A DNA stretch of 64,000 nucleotides. Origin: Fistulifera solaris. Lineage: Eukaryota. Below are positions 24,104 to 36,268 of this stretch, piece by piece. Location of the stretch: contig AP026157.1 in the NCBI GenBank assembly GCA_030295235.1, positions 310,001-374,000 on the forward strand. Reading direction: 5' to 3'. How positions within the stretch are numbered: position 1 is the stretch's first letter; every line of letters begins with the position of its first letter. The notes under the pieces were generated by a model. It saw only the letters and a program-made list of their open reading frames with translations. It was not told the DNA's origin and did no database searches. The position numbers and the translations under genes were made by a program.

Positions 24104-25306
24104 TCAATCTACCTTTTCATAAACTAGTATATTCTTTCGATTCGAACTCTTGTTGGCTTGGTTGCCGCCGTCCTCGTCTCCGAGAAGCCGCAGAAAATAA
24201 GAAGCAACTCGTCCCGCCATTGCCAGGTAATATTCCCAAAACGATAGCTGCAACAGTAGATCCTCTTCCTTCTCTTGCCGCTCTTCGTTATGCTGTTGTT
24301 CTCTCTTATGAACAGTCTCTTGGGAACGACGAGGAGCTCGCAAAGTAGAATATGCTTTCCGTGAAGGTACGGATGGTGTATTAAAAATACCCACCCCCCT
24401 GTTTGGACCGTCTGACTTGTTGGAATGCTTCTTCATCATCACTTGTTGTAAAGACTCTTTTTGTTGCCGTTGATTTTGTTTCGCTTCTTTTGCTTTTTCT
24501 TGCACATTCCGCAATTCGGTTTGAATCACTTTTCGTTCGAATTCATTCGATACCAACTTTAACGCACGTTCATAATCGGTCTTGGCTGCCTGGTACTCAC
24601 CACGATATTTCCGAGCCTTGCCTCGCCGAAAGTACAGTTTCGAAAGTTGTTCTGAATGGGTCACGTCTACTTGTTGCGTTGGTTGTTGTTGCTCCGCGAA
24701 GTATTCCAAAGCCATAGTACAAACGGTTTCCGCTTTTCGATACCACTGCAATTGCAAAGCGGATTGAGCTAAATTGTTCATAATTTTGCAGTAAAGTAGC
24801 AGTCGTTGTTGCTGATCCTCTGCGTCGTTGTCTTCAGAATTTCGTTGCTGTGAATCCTGGTTTTCATTTTCAACAATATCGGAGGAACGATGATGATGGA
24901 TACCAATTACCGGCAAGCACGTCAAATACACTTGAATAGCATTCTCATATTGCTGTTCCTGATACAATTGATTGCCATAACAGCGTTGCACTTCGGCCCA
25001 TTCGTATTGTTCAGCCTTTGTTTTTAAGGAATTTAACCACTGCGTGGCTTGTTGCAAGCGCGTTTGACAATCGGCGGCCGCTTGTTCGGCCGGAGAGGCT
25101 TTGCGGGTAGAACCATCCGGTAAACGGCGTTGCAATTCGAAATACGATCCTCCGCCATGTAATTCGTGCAAGGTACGATTGATGGAATGCAAAACATCCG
25201 TCGTGGTCACAAAGGATTCCTCGGGGGGACGTGCATAGGTTGTAGTAGGCGATGGATTGTTGCTTTTGTCAGAGATCTTTTCATTACTCCTCGTTTCAGC
25301 GGGCAT
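24104..25306 (-). CDS. TPR-domain protein (three-TPR co-chaperone-like clamp)
   Basis: 400-aa ORF with GNQLYQEQQYENAIQVY, NNLAQSALQLQWYRKAETVCTMAL and KLYFRRGKARKYRGEYQAAKTDYERAL. Confidence 0.85.
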   Translation of the reverse strand: MPAETRSNEKISDKSNNPSPTTTYARPPEESFVTTTDVLHSINRTLHELHGGGSYFELQRRLPDGSTRKASPAEQAAADCQTRLQQATQWLNSLKTKAEQYEWAEVQRCYGNQLYQEQQYENAIQVYLTCLPVIGIHHHRSSDIVENENQDSQQRNSEDNDAEDQQQRLLLYCKIMNNLAQSALQLQWYRKAETVCTMALEYFAEQQQPTQQVDVTHSEQLSKLYFRRGKARKYRGEYQAAKTDYERALKLVSNEFERKVIQTELRNVQEKAKEAKQNQRQQKESLQQVMMKKHSNKSDGPNRGVGIFNTPSVPSRKAYSTLRAPRRSQETVHKREQQHNEERQEKEEDLLLQLSFWEYYLAMAGRVASYFLRLLGDEDGGNQANKSSNRKNILVYEKVD

Positions 25307-25410
25307 GATGAAACGTTGCCTTCATCATTACACCGTCAGGCTTTCGTAAATGTGTTTTGTTTGCTTTTATTATGAATGGAGAAAAAGGGGGTCCGCATCA
25401 TAACGCAGAA

Positions 25411-26410
25411 CGCGGAACGCTTTGTTTTTGGTTCATGACTCATGACTACTGTACAATTCAGTCTTGGCTGGCGTAAATCAACACTCTGTTTTATACTAAA
25501 AAAATCAAGGTGTCGATCCTCGGATTGTCGACGTGAAAACAAAAGAAACTCTTAACAAGTAGATCAGAGTCATTATCATTGCGACTTTATTTACCCGTAC
25601 TTTAATTATATTTGCAGTTGAATGACAGTGGACGGATGCGAGAGACGCAAAACGGAACCGTTTGTTGTTTGGTTCATGACTCATGACTACTTTAGAATTC
25701 AGTCTTGGCTGGCGTAAACCAACACTCCGTTTGATAGTGGAAATTCAAGGTGTCGATCATCGGATTTAGTCAGGAAATTGCGTATCAGGAATCGAATTAA
25801 ATACCATAATATCTTCCCACTCCCTCACGGGGAGCCTCTCTTTGAGGCACAGTCGGCTCAGCATGTAAAACGGAACGCTTTAATGTTCGGTTCATGACTC
25901 ATGACTACTGTACAATTCAGTCTTGGCTGGCGTAAACCAACATTCCGTTTCATAGTGGAAATTCAAGGTGTCTTTCCTCGGATTCTTTCGACGTGAAAAA
26001 TAAAAGAAACTTTTAACAAGTAGTTCAGAATCATTATCATTGCGACTTTATTTACCCGTACTTTAATTATATTTGCAGTTGAATGACAGTGGACGGATGC
26101 GAGAGACGCAAAACGGAACACTTTGTTGTTCGGTTCATGACTCATGACTACTGTACAATTCAGTCTTGGCTGGCGTAAACCAACACTCCGTTTGATAGTG
26201 GAAATTCAAGGTGTCGATCCTGGGATTGTCGACGTGAAAACAAAAGAAACTCTAAACAAGTAGTTCAGAATCATCATTGTTGCGATTTTATTTACCTGTA
26301 ATTAAAACAATACTCTGAGTTGAATGGCAATGGACGGATGCGAGAGACGCAAAACGGAACCCTTTTTGTTCAGTTCATGACTACTGCAAAATTTTTGGCT
26401 GGCGTAAACC
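25411..26410. repeat. Tandem repeat, unit about 240 bp, roughly 4.3 copies, with one unit half-replaced by unique sequence
   Basis: GTTCATGACT(CATGACT)ACT...GGCTGGCGTAAA recurs near 25430, 25671, 25889, 26132 and 26373. The second half-unit (GACGTGAAAA...GGACGGATGCGAGAGACGCAAAACGGAAC) occurs three times. Confidence 0.95.
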
Positions 26411-26502
26411 TGTCTAGAGCTAGGTTTCGAGTTATTATTTATGAAAAAGAAATTTTTCGTTCTATACCCTAAAGCAAGTATATTCTAATTACTGTTAATT
26501 CG

Positions 26503-28138
26503 TTACCAAATCGCATCTTTCATTTCAATTCCAGCCACCGCACCCATCGTATGCTGCATGGGTGGAATGATACGATATTGCGTCCGCAATTGGCCCGCTG
26601 TGAGTGGGATTTCGGTCGACACAACGGAGGACGGCGTTTGAAAATACGATTGACTCGTCCAGATCCGTTCCCGTGTTTCCGTCGGTGTTTCTCGGAGCGC
26701 CGTTCGAATTTGACCACCACCATTGATGCAACCCGAGGGACACGCCATGATTTCCATATAATCAAAGGGCGGCAAAGCATTCTCTTGAAATGGCTTTAAT
26801 GCTCTTTGAATCGTTTGCATCCCATTGGCAATGGCAAACCTCAGGACGGGACGAGACTCTGGAGTCAGCGCAGTGGAATAAGTTTCACTGGAAGGATGAT
26901 AATACAGAGTCGCGTGTAAAAATTCGCGACGTCGCTTTTGCGAGGCAATTCGAGCACTCACGACACTCTGCTTCTGCTTGGTTTCGTCAAGTTCCATAAA
27001 CGGCTGCCACAGACTAGAAAAGTCATGTATGTCGGTGTGAAACAGTTCCCGGGCGGCGTAGCGAAACAGGAAATCCGCGTAACCTCCCGAGGACTCGGCA
27101 AAGAAGGTGGAATTCGGTGCAATCGTCGAATTACTTGACACCGATCTACAGTCTCGGGGTGCAATCAAACAAGGTGGGCTGCAAGCAGCACTCCATTCTT
27201 GTACCGACGTATAAACGGCAGAGAGTGGTAATTGCTCTACAATCTGGGTAATGTGTTGTTGTGTGGTTGCATTCTCTCTTCGACAAAACTCTTGCATCAA
27301 TTGCCAGCACTCCGTGGTGGTAATCGACATGTCTACAAACGGTTCTTCCTGGTCATTGGTAAATTCGGTTCGCGAAGCTTCTAATTTCTTATCATGACAC
27401 GGCATGACGGCCAAATGAAAGCATTCGGCGTCTTGTTGCTGAAAGTAAGCTCCAGCACACGACATAGAAGACGGAATCGGCGACAAGTGCGGGATGGCTG
27501 CATGAATGGACTTTTCAATCAAACATACGGTGGCCGGACACGACGAAGCGAGTTGAGGCAGTAAAATTTTGTTTGTTTGTGATTCTTGCTGTCGATACGC
27601 CTCGACAAAGGATTGTGCCGCCGCCAGTCTCGACCATTCCAACGGTACGTTGGCATCCATAACCACATCCACGGCCCAATACTGATGAAAGAAGGTGGTC
27701 ATTTGTTGTTGTCGTGTCCGAAGATTGGAATTCTGCAAATTCATATGACGCATCAAATCGGCCCAACTGGAAGGTGATATTGTGACCACAAATCGTTTCC
27801 CTTACACTTGTTTGAACACGTTGATGAATCCATTGTCGCAACTTTTCGATCGAATGCTTTTCTTCCAATAAGACGGTTTCGGCGGTAGTGACACAACCCG
27901 AACAAGCCAAACAATCGGCAATCGAAGCGGACACGACTGCGTTAGTTGGTGGTGTATTTGTCGTGTTTGTCGTATCCGATCGTTCCCTAACCGTCCGTCG
28001 TTTTCGTGTTCGTACGGCTCCTTCTGGAGTGGGTGTCGTTATTGTTGTTGTGCTATCCGTATTGCTAAACAAAGGATTCACACACGCTTGGGAAGGTCCT
28101 AAATAATCATCAACGTTGCTCAAGAAAACGGATGACAT
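26503..28138 (-). CDS. NAR1: Cytosolic Fe-S cluster assembly factor Nar1/NARFL (iron-only hydrogenase-like)
   Basis: MSSVFLSNVDDYLGPSQACVNP, IADCLACSGCVTTAETVL, LASSCP, VMPCHDKKLEASR, SSGGY, EIMACPSGCINGGGQ. One frameshift near 27800. Confidence 0.93.
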
Positions 28139-28534
28139 TGTTTCGTAGTTGTTCGCACCCTTGTCCCCAAACAGCGACTCCAGAGGATATATTGCAATAC
28201 TGCGCCCGATAAAACCCGAACAAAGAAGGAAAGAGACGGAAAAATGAATACAGATTGAACGGAGGACGACTTTTTGGGAATGCGAAAAGAAAAAAGAAGA
28301 GAAAAAAGAAATAAACGAGTGAAGCGGCATTTTTGCTGACCGACGGACAGACTTTTGAGCGCCCTTTCTGCGCTGCCTTCGTCCTTTTTTGTAGCTAACT
28401 TCACGGGCTGCGTCGCTAATGGCGAATAAAGAAACAACGGAAATTAGCTTTGATTCAAGTAAAGACAATTAACGATGAGTAGGCGATGGTTACGTCTCAA
28501 ACCAAGGTTGCCAGCAAAAATGATAGGCCAGCGT

Positions 28535-28588
28535 TATGACTGAAATCCACTCTTGGCGAAAAACGGACCACACTTTGGATTTATAGTG
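28535..28588 (-). promoter_or_regulatory. Bipartite motif copy upstream of NAR1
   Basis: TATGACTGAAATCCACTC, 17 nt, ACACT, 8 nt, ATAGTG. Confidence 0.55.
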
Positions 28589-28765
28589 AAATACGGGAGG
28601 CCTCGATTGCGGAGGTTCAACGACCTGATTAGCGAGCATTGCATTGATATTGAAGCCAGAAGAGCAACGAAACAACATCCCGTCATCGAAAAGTCGAGGA
28701 ATGATTGATGATTAGTAAAATATTGGCATGAACAGAGAGAAAATTTACATTCAATATGCCTTCTT

Positions 28766-28819
28766 CATGACTGAAATCCAGTCTTGGCGAAACGTCGTAT
28801 ACACTGAAGCCCTATACTG
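28766..28819 (-). promoter_or_regulatory. Second bipartite motif copy upstream of NAR1
   Basis: CATGACTGAAATCCAGTC, 17 nt, ACACT, 8 nt, ATACTG. Confidence 0.55.
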
Positions 28820-31800
28820 ATATTAGGAAAACTATTTAAAGCATCATTTATCAAGTGTTGCAAATATATTACGCACCAGGATTTGCGGCTCAAAAGTGAG
28901 ATTGATGTAAGCTATTCTATTGAGAAATAGAGGAATTTTATTTCTCTCATCAGTCATTCATTTTTCTCTAAAAAACAGATGTTTGCATTCGCGGCTCACG
29001 ACTTCGCATCGGTACTCAAATGCTAATATAGCAGTGGAACATACCTGGTACACGAGCATGCAATTATTCCCACCGGAACGAGGAGTTTTATTTTATGTTG
29101 CATACCTGGTATTGCATCGTTTTTCCCTATTGCGTTTACTCCTACTACGTATGTCCTGCGTGTTTTGCTGCACGCTATGTTATACTGATTGCGGCCAGGG
29201 CATTGCCATGGTCGTCCCCTAAGATTGGGAGGAGGATTGCTTTGGGAAGAGAAAATCGAAATCAGGCCTGCCTCACATCTGCCTTTAATAAAAAAATGGC
29301 TAGAATTTACTATGCTTACGTCCTATCCCTACAAGAGAACCGAATCTCTAATCGAGTTAGAGAAACACAACTGACCCAGTGGACAATGGATGAAATCCAT
29401 TGAACACCGAACCGCTGCCAGGTCACAATCGGAGCAGAGGGGCTCCTGTCTGATTCGGACATGACCAGGGACCACCGATTGTCTCAAGACTCTCATCTAC
29501 AGCGCTGGGTGCCAAGATCGACCAACCACCGTATCGAACCTCGCCCCTCCGGTGAATATCAGACCAGCTCCCTGCTTTGATGCTGGATGTCTTTCGTCAG
29601 CGTGTGTATTGTGCACAGAGAAATCTGGTAGAAGGTTGTGCGCCGAAAATCTGAGTCGTTGAATGCAAGCCGTGGCACTTTCCATTATTCGTCCAGACAA
29701 CATTGCTTCTGATTCTTATCGCTCTTGACGCACACAATTACACAACAACCAATGTAGAACCCGTCCTTGTTAGTCTCGTCTCCGGTTCTCAAGGCCTTGT
29801 TGAGCTAACGGCACAGATGTTGCTACGAAGCATAGTACAACCTTCTTGGCGGTTGTTGCAGCCCAAACCGAAAATCAATGCAGTCGTGACAATTGATTTT
29901 TGAGGCTCGTTACGTGAAGAGCGTCATGGGGCTCCATTTTGCAAGGAATGCTTGTGCACTTTCGTAACAGCTGAGTACGATCCTAGAAAAGCAAAGAAGA
30001 AGAATCTTTTCAACGACAGATCCCATCAAGATAGAGCTTTGAATGCGGGCAAATGATAATGCAGTGGTCATTTTCGTCTGTCGACGAGTGTCGGAAAATC
30101 TTCGGTGAGGTCCGTTAACGAAGCGGTCCCTCGAGAAAGCAGCCTATCAACATCAAGTCAAGGCCCTCCCTTTTCTTCTCTTGTTCATTCATTCATTGAC
30201 ATATCATCAATGCTAAAAGCGATCTCTGCTTGACGACGTGATGGATGGTCGACTTCGAACGACGGGTAGACCACAATTGTAGTCAACAATCAACATCCCT
30301 CTCGACCGTTGCTCCAATGACTCGTGCTAAGATGAGACGTTGGTATTGGCCACGAGAAGCTCAGCGGTAACAGAAGTCGCTGTAGCACGTGACATTTGAG
30401 ACGCGTAGGTCGATATCTAAGCGGCGTCGTCGACGCGGCACGTTTCCAAGGAATGAGCAATTTATGGCGATCGAGACAACGTTCATCATTCCCTCCTTCC
30501 AGGCGTTGAAGTCAAAGTTACCGAAGCGTCCGCATGAGTCGACATCTTCAATTCAGTTTGAATAAGATGAACAAATGAGAATTGCATCGGTTCAATCGCT
30601 CAACCTTGACGGGAAACGAGAGAAAGCCAGGACGCTCTTGCCTCTGACAAGACACTCACATCGGTATGGACTCGTAGGAAGCGTTGCAGCATTGCGATAG
30701 AGCAGACCGCACGATCGCGCACAAGCACAGCAAAAACAATTCAATGACCATCGCATCTGCTAAACTCTGACCTCGACACAGAAGACTTCTTTGTTTGAAA
30801 AGGACTGTGACATCGTTCACTTGCTCAACGTAAAAAAAGCAATGAGATCTGGTGTCTCTTCCGTTTCCTGAAAGCTTCAACGTCAGAGTGACGACAATAC
30901 GGTACCGCTTCGATGCCGCATTGCAGTCTGTCGTAAAGCCAATATATTCTTTCGATCTTCCGCGAGGGCAGTAACATCTTTGATAATCTTGCTTTACCAT
31001 TCGGCCTTCACAATCTTATTCCTTCTATCTCCAAAATGTGGCAAAGCGACAGCAGTTAATGCGGCTCAACGGCACCGATTGCAGCTTCTTCTTTCATCGG
31101 GAGACACAGCAATATTTTCACCATTTCAAAGAGATTACAATCGACAGTTGTTCAGCCCTCAATGGCCTATTGTTTGTTTTGCGGGAAACAATGAGCGCCC
31201 TGAAAGCAACGATAACTTGTTGCGGTACTTTCACGAAAACATACTTGCTGCTGGCAGCGGATGTTACGTTGTAGCTTAGTGATGAAAGCTGAAAGCAACG
31301 GCAGGGATAAGATACCGCACATAACGATGCTCTCCTTGTTTCTTTGCATAAGCGACACGGAGTCGCTGCACCTGTGCATCATCATGACAATCTAGAGTGT
31401 GAGAGATCGACAATTCATTCAAGAGTCTAGTCCAAGATGCAAGTCGATGAACGATGAAAGCGTGCTTGCCTGCTTACCAGGTAAGTGACGTTCAAGATTC
31501 ATGACCCGTGACTCCTTGCCAATAGGTGTTTGCCCCAAAGGCCGCAGGGCTATAGATTTCTGGCCGCCCGGACCTACCTCTAGAGAACCTCTAGATCCCG
31601 ATGATTCTTTTGCATTTTATCCTTAAACAGCGAATCGCAAGATTTCTGTTGGGCTGACGGCACACTGCCACTTAGGATGTCCGAGGGTTCCCGTGTTTTA
31701 CACTTATCAATAGTGTCGCGTATCGCCAATAACCTTAGCCTTTGTACTCATTTCTGGGAACGACCACCGCCGAAGGTCACTTTTGAAGCGTAATAGGCAC

Positions 31801-31876
31801 GCAACCGAAAGCTAAAGTGAACTCAATTCTGTAATGCTCTGCAAGGTCAAAAGGAAGCCCACCAGTATGATCTTCG

Positions 31877-32875
31877 TCACAAAGATTCCTTCTTGTCTTT
31901 CTTCCTCTTCTTCGGTTTCTTGGCTTGCGATCTCATGTACCGCGCCATGGTCTCTTCCGGCACGGTCGACTCGAGATCCAGACGTCGTCGGGTGAGTTCG
32001 GAATCATGCTGATGCTTGTATTGGTCCATTTCTTGCAGATACCTCTCTTTGTCGGCCCGCGCCAGATTGTCGTAATACTGCAGCGTGTCCGGGTCGACGT
32101 TTCGCCACCGTTCACTGATTTCTCGGGCCAAGTCTTCAAAGGATATCCCACTTCGTCTCCGCTTTCTGTCATCATTGTTGCCTTCGCTTTGTATGAGTTG
32201 CTGTCGCTGCGCTTGAAAGAAGAAGTTGTAAGCCGAAAGCGGTCGTTTCGGTTTCGGAATGGATTGCATCGATCGAGCGGATCCATCCAGGTCGTGATGG
32301 TTTCTCGCCGACTCTTCCACATTTCGTTCAACATGTGTTTCGACAGGAACGCGCTCGGAGATGTTCTGTAGTCTCGCACTGGGAATTAGAGAGGATACTT
32401 GCGGTAGAGGTACTTGCAAGCTGTTGCTGCTCAGCTCCAAGAGGCGCGCTGCCATCGGCGGAGCCGGATGGAACGAAAGCAAAGGATCTAGCAACAGTGG
32501 CGAAGATTGTTGATACATAGATGGAAGGGCAGGAACCGATGCGAAAGGATTCCCCAACCAGTTCGAATTGAGAGCGGCAAGTGATTGCAAAGGTATATCT
32601 TGCATAAGCGGAAGGGAAGTTTGAGCCGAATACAACGGTTGTTGCGACAGGCTGGCTAGTGGGTCTGAGTTGGCTAAGGAAAGCAACAGAGAATCATAGC
32701 TTGAAAGACCAATGTAGCTGGCTGCATTCGGAGCAGCAAAGGGGAGGCATTGGCTTGCATCGGAATCGTCGTTTTTGTTTGTTTGCGAGGAGCCTCTTGC
32801 GGCTGAGTGCGATTGCGATGAGGACTCGTCGGTGTCTTTCGAGTCTTTGTCTTGTTTTTGCCGAGGTCGATACAT
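31877..32875 (-). CDS. HMG-box DNA-binding protein
   Basis: PKPKRPLSAYNFFFQAQR...ISFEDLAREISERWRNVD...ARADKERYLQEMDQY, a S/P/Q-rich N-terminus and a basic NLS-like tail. Confidence 0.92.
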   Translation of the reverse strand: MYRPRQKQDKDSKDTDESSSQSHSAARGSSQTNKNDDSDASQCLPFAAPNAASYIGLSSYDSLLLSLANSDPLASLSQQPLYSAQTSLPLMQDIPLQSLAALNSNWLGNPFASVPALPSMYQQSSPLLLDPLLSFHPAPPMAARLLELSSNSLQVPLPQVSSLIPSARLQNISERVPVETHVERNVEESARNHHDLDGSARSMQSIPKPKRPLSAYNFFFQAQRQQLIQSEGNNDDRKRRRSGISFEDLAREISERWRNVDPDTLQYYDNLARADKERYLQEMDQYKHQHDSELTRRRLDLESTVPEETMARYMRSQAKKPKKRKKDKKESL

Positions 32876-34051
32876 GGTTCAAGAGGTGCTTGACGATAAT
32901 GAAAGATGACGATCCGTTTTGTAAGAAGAGCAATTTTGTAAAAGCGAGACGCCGAGGAAGGGAAGGTGAGTGCACGTCCAGTGCACGTCTAACGGAACCT
33001 TGGCGGCAAGACAAAAGACAAAGGTTTTCGCAAAGCGCAAAATAGAGTTGCCCGCCTGAAATCTGAGATAAGCATCGACCTTTAGTACTCTCTCGCTGTT
33101 AGCGCTCACATAGACAGTCGACGAGACTGGCCCCAAAAGAATTCGCTAAGGTGCGTATCTCCCCGAACAAGAGGATGTAGCATTTTTCTAAGCCGCAGCG
33201 AAAGCGGGCTGCCATCGCCAGACGCCGCCTTTTACAATCATCTCGTCGTCTTGCCGTTTTGTTTCTACTTTGAAACTCATTGTCTATCACATTTCCTTCT
33301 CTGTGCAGTCTTTGGTAACAGAGAAGCTTACTGAATTTATGAAGGCAATACTACGTTCAATACAACACCATGTGCTATTTCGTCCATAAGATTGTATCCC
33401 AACGTTATCATTCAGTCATAGGATCTAATCTAGGAGGACTAAACATTTATGATTAACTGACACAACCGACAACCGTCAAAGATACAGTAAAAACTAAGGT
33501 GTCCGTCTTGTGTCTTGTCCAGCTCTTCATACCTGGTAGTGTCACGTTGAAAATCGCGGTGGGATACACTCAGAATTTCTGGAAGATGGTTTTGTACGGC
33601 AGCATTTCGGAACACATCGTCGGAAGTAGAAATTGCAGAACGCGGAACAAAAAGGAGCTATCAGTAGTAACATTTTATGTACTAATTCTTTTGCGTTTCC
33701 TTCTTTTCGAAACGCTAAAAACTGGAAGTAGAAAGTAGAAAGTTCGGTCGGTAGCTATGAGGTGGTTGAGTACATCTTCGTTCTTATTAGAACTTCAACC
33801 GAAGCTGTTCTCTTTTTCTTCGTCAGCGCTTCGCATTTTGCGCATTGTTCATTCGCACTTCACCTGCGTCTAAGTGGTATTCATGACGTTTTATCCACGT
33901 CATCATCACGTCTGTACTTCACTACGTTGTGACAGGTCTTTTGTCGTCATCTGCAACGCGCCCATTAACACGCAAGGAATAAGAAGCAATTACCTTCTCT
34001 TATTTATTACTTCTTGTCGTGCTTTAACCACTCTCTTGTATAAGATCAGTC

Positions 34052-34851
34052 ATGACGATCACTGTGAAGAAAGCCGGCGAGAAACTAGCCAAAGCAGTCG
34101 TGCAATCGAACGCACCGCGCGCCATTACGGCCGCCGAAGCACCGCATGTGCCTCCGGCCAAAGCCAGTACTACCACTTCGATGCAACCATGGAACAATTG
34201 GTTCAATACCGCCTTGCGTGATTTCTTGGGAGAAGAACGTTACAAAAAATATCGCAACTTTGCCGCCTTCATGCCCGACGATATTTACGACTTGTCGCCC
34301 GTTCCGAAACCGGCGCAAAAATTCCCATCTCCAAGACGGACCCGACGATCACCGCCGAATGGCGTTATCCGTCTCCCGGATCACAGAAACCGGTGCGTAT
34401 GCCTCAATTCGATCTCGATATGAAGGAAGACCCGTACGATTCCGGATACTTCAAACGCGACACGCGTCGTCGTCACTTGTTCTCCGAATTGGCCAACAAG
34501 GACGTGGAAAAGCTTAAATTAGAGATGATGGACCCAGAAGACCCGTCGGTGGTGGAAGAAAAACAAAAAGTCGAAGCGGGACCCGTCAGTTCTCCAGGAA
34601 ACAAGGGTGTCTTTGCGACGGGACCGACGGATTTCGATCCGACCGGGTTGCGTGCGACCATGTCCGCCACATGGGGTGCTTTGGAAAAGTCGCTGGATGC
34701 GCACATGCCCAATCACTTGCCCAAGCCGGTTTGGAAAGGAAAGGAAGACGAAATTATTCAGTGGTACAAAGAACGCGACCTTCCGGTGCCCGTGGGTGGT
34801 TATTACGAACCTCTCAAAACCCCGGTGTATCGACGCGTCGCGCGATGGTAA
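34052..34851 (+). CDS. Probable mitochondrial complex I accessory subunit (NDUFA7/B14.5a/NUZM-like)
   Basis: Adding one A at the run near 34317 gives PAQKIPISKTDPTITAEWRYPSPGSQKPVRMPQFD...DPYDSGYFKRDTRRR. P.PGS and Y..RD.RR resemble B14.5a/NUZM as I recall them. Confidence 0.5.
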
Positions 34852-34946
34852 TAAAGGCGCAGTAATCGAGAGTCCTTCGTTTCTATTATCAAGAAACATT
34901 GTAGCCACATTTATTTAATAGCCTTTAGTTGCGATTCATTAGACGC

Positions 34947-35887
34947 TTATTTCCTTTGCAGAGACGCCAAATCGAGGGGCCTCGGTACAACGGGCCGGGT
35001 GTAAACAAAATAATCCCCCGAAACATCTTCGACAATACGGAAATCATCATCCACATACCGGATAAATACTTTACAAACAGCATCTCGCCCTTTATTCCAT
35101 GGCAACAGCTTCCAAATGGCACCCACAGGAACCTTAATGCTCCAAATCCATTCTCCCAATCCCGACAAACCTGGAACCGGCCTCGATGTCGTGTAATCAC
35201 CTTCATCTGCAAGGTTCCTTCGTTCTCTAACTTGGCCGTGGCCGCCGTAATGACGCATCCTCCGAATGTGGGAAGTAATTTGAACCAACCCAAGATGGGA
35301 ATGACCGTCAACGAAAAGATGCTCGTATCAAATTCGGAATACAAATAATCCTCCGTAATCGTTTGAGCGACACGACCGACTTTCGAAATACCCCACGAAC
35401 ATGTCTGCAATTCGTGCAGCTTAAAAAACAAATCGGCCTTGCTCATGCCATTGCCCATCGTCTTTTCTTCCGCATAGACTTCGTACGCTTCTTGAATGGC
35501 GAGAAAGAAGGGCGACGAACGGAAAATGCCGTGCGGAACGGTACTGAGCACCAACTCCCATTCGCCTTGTATATCTGCCATGCTTTGGGGTGGTTTCGGA
35601 TACTGTTGGACAAAGTCGCGGATGGTGGCTGTCGCGGCTTGCATGCGATCGGCGTAATAGTCACCCGATGTTGGATTGTATGCTTGTCCCCGGTCCAGTG
35701 AAGCACCCAATTGCAGCAATTTCATCTTATATGCTTCTACAGAAAGTGCCGGCGTTTCGATGGCCGAGGAAGTTGCGGAAAGTGACAATGATTTCGTCGA
35801 ATGGATGGGAAAGACATTCGTCGTCCAGGCAGTGACGATGTCATGCGTGAGGCTTAAACAAAAAAGAAAAAATAAGAGACCACGCAT
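34947..35887 (-). CDS. Plastid lipid-associated protein (PAP/fibrillin)
   Basis: Signal peptide plus AWT transit start; LGASLDRGQ, IQGEWELVLST, and C-terminal RYVDDDFRIVED..G.YFVY.R in ORF 34947-35288. Frameshift near 35200. Confidence 0.85.
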
Positions 35888-36268
35888 AATTTGTTTGTTA
35901 ACTGATTAGAGGGAACCTCTGTATTCAAGAACAGCTACTCTGTTTTATTGACGATCAACAAATGAAAGTAATGAGAAGTTATAGAGAACGCATCACATGA
36001 TCAACGGCAAACGAGAAAAGGCTCACAATAAAATGTGACGTGTTCGAGCTTTATTACCGGTCATCATTAAGGCTAGCGATCAAATACTAAGGGGAACTCT
36101 CGCCGAAGGCAGTCTTTATTAGGATACCACAGTGCCAGGTCGACAATTAGCATAGTAACAGGCAACAAATGGTCTTCATTTATCTGTACTTGGCGTCTAA
36201 CGATTCGACTCCGTATTTCAGAAGGATTGTAAAAGCATAGCAATCCACCATTATAATACTGTGTGTGT

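Noticed and set aside
22925..26200. A DNA transposon bounded by inverted motif copies carrying EMC3 and the TPR gene
   Set aside because: No TSD, poor end identity and no transposase; the motif also occurs unpaired elsewhere.
25411..26410. CRISPR-like repeat-spacer array
   Set aside because: The units are about 240 bp, the intervening segments are copies of each other (only one is unique), the context is eukaryotic and there are no cas genes.
26503..28138. [FeFe]-hydrogenase
   Set aside because: The motifs and N-terminus (DDY..PSQAC, CLACSGC) fit the eukaryotic Nar1/NARFL homolog, and no maturase genes are nearby.
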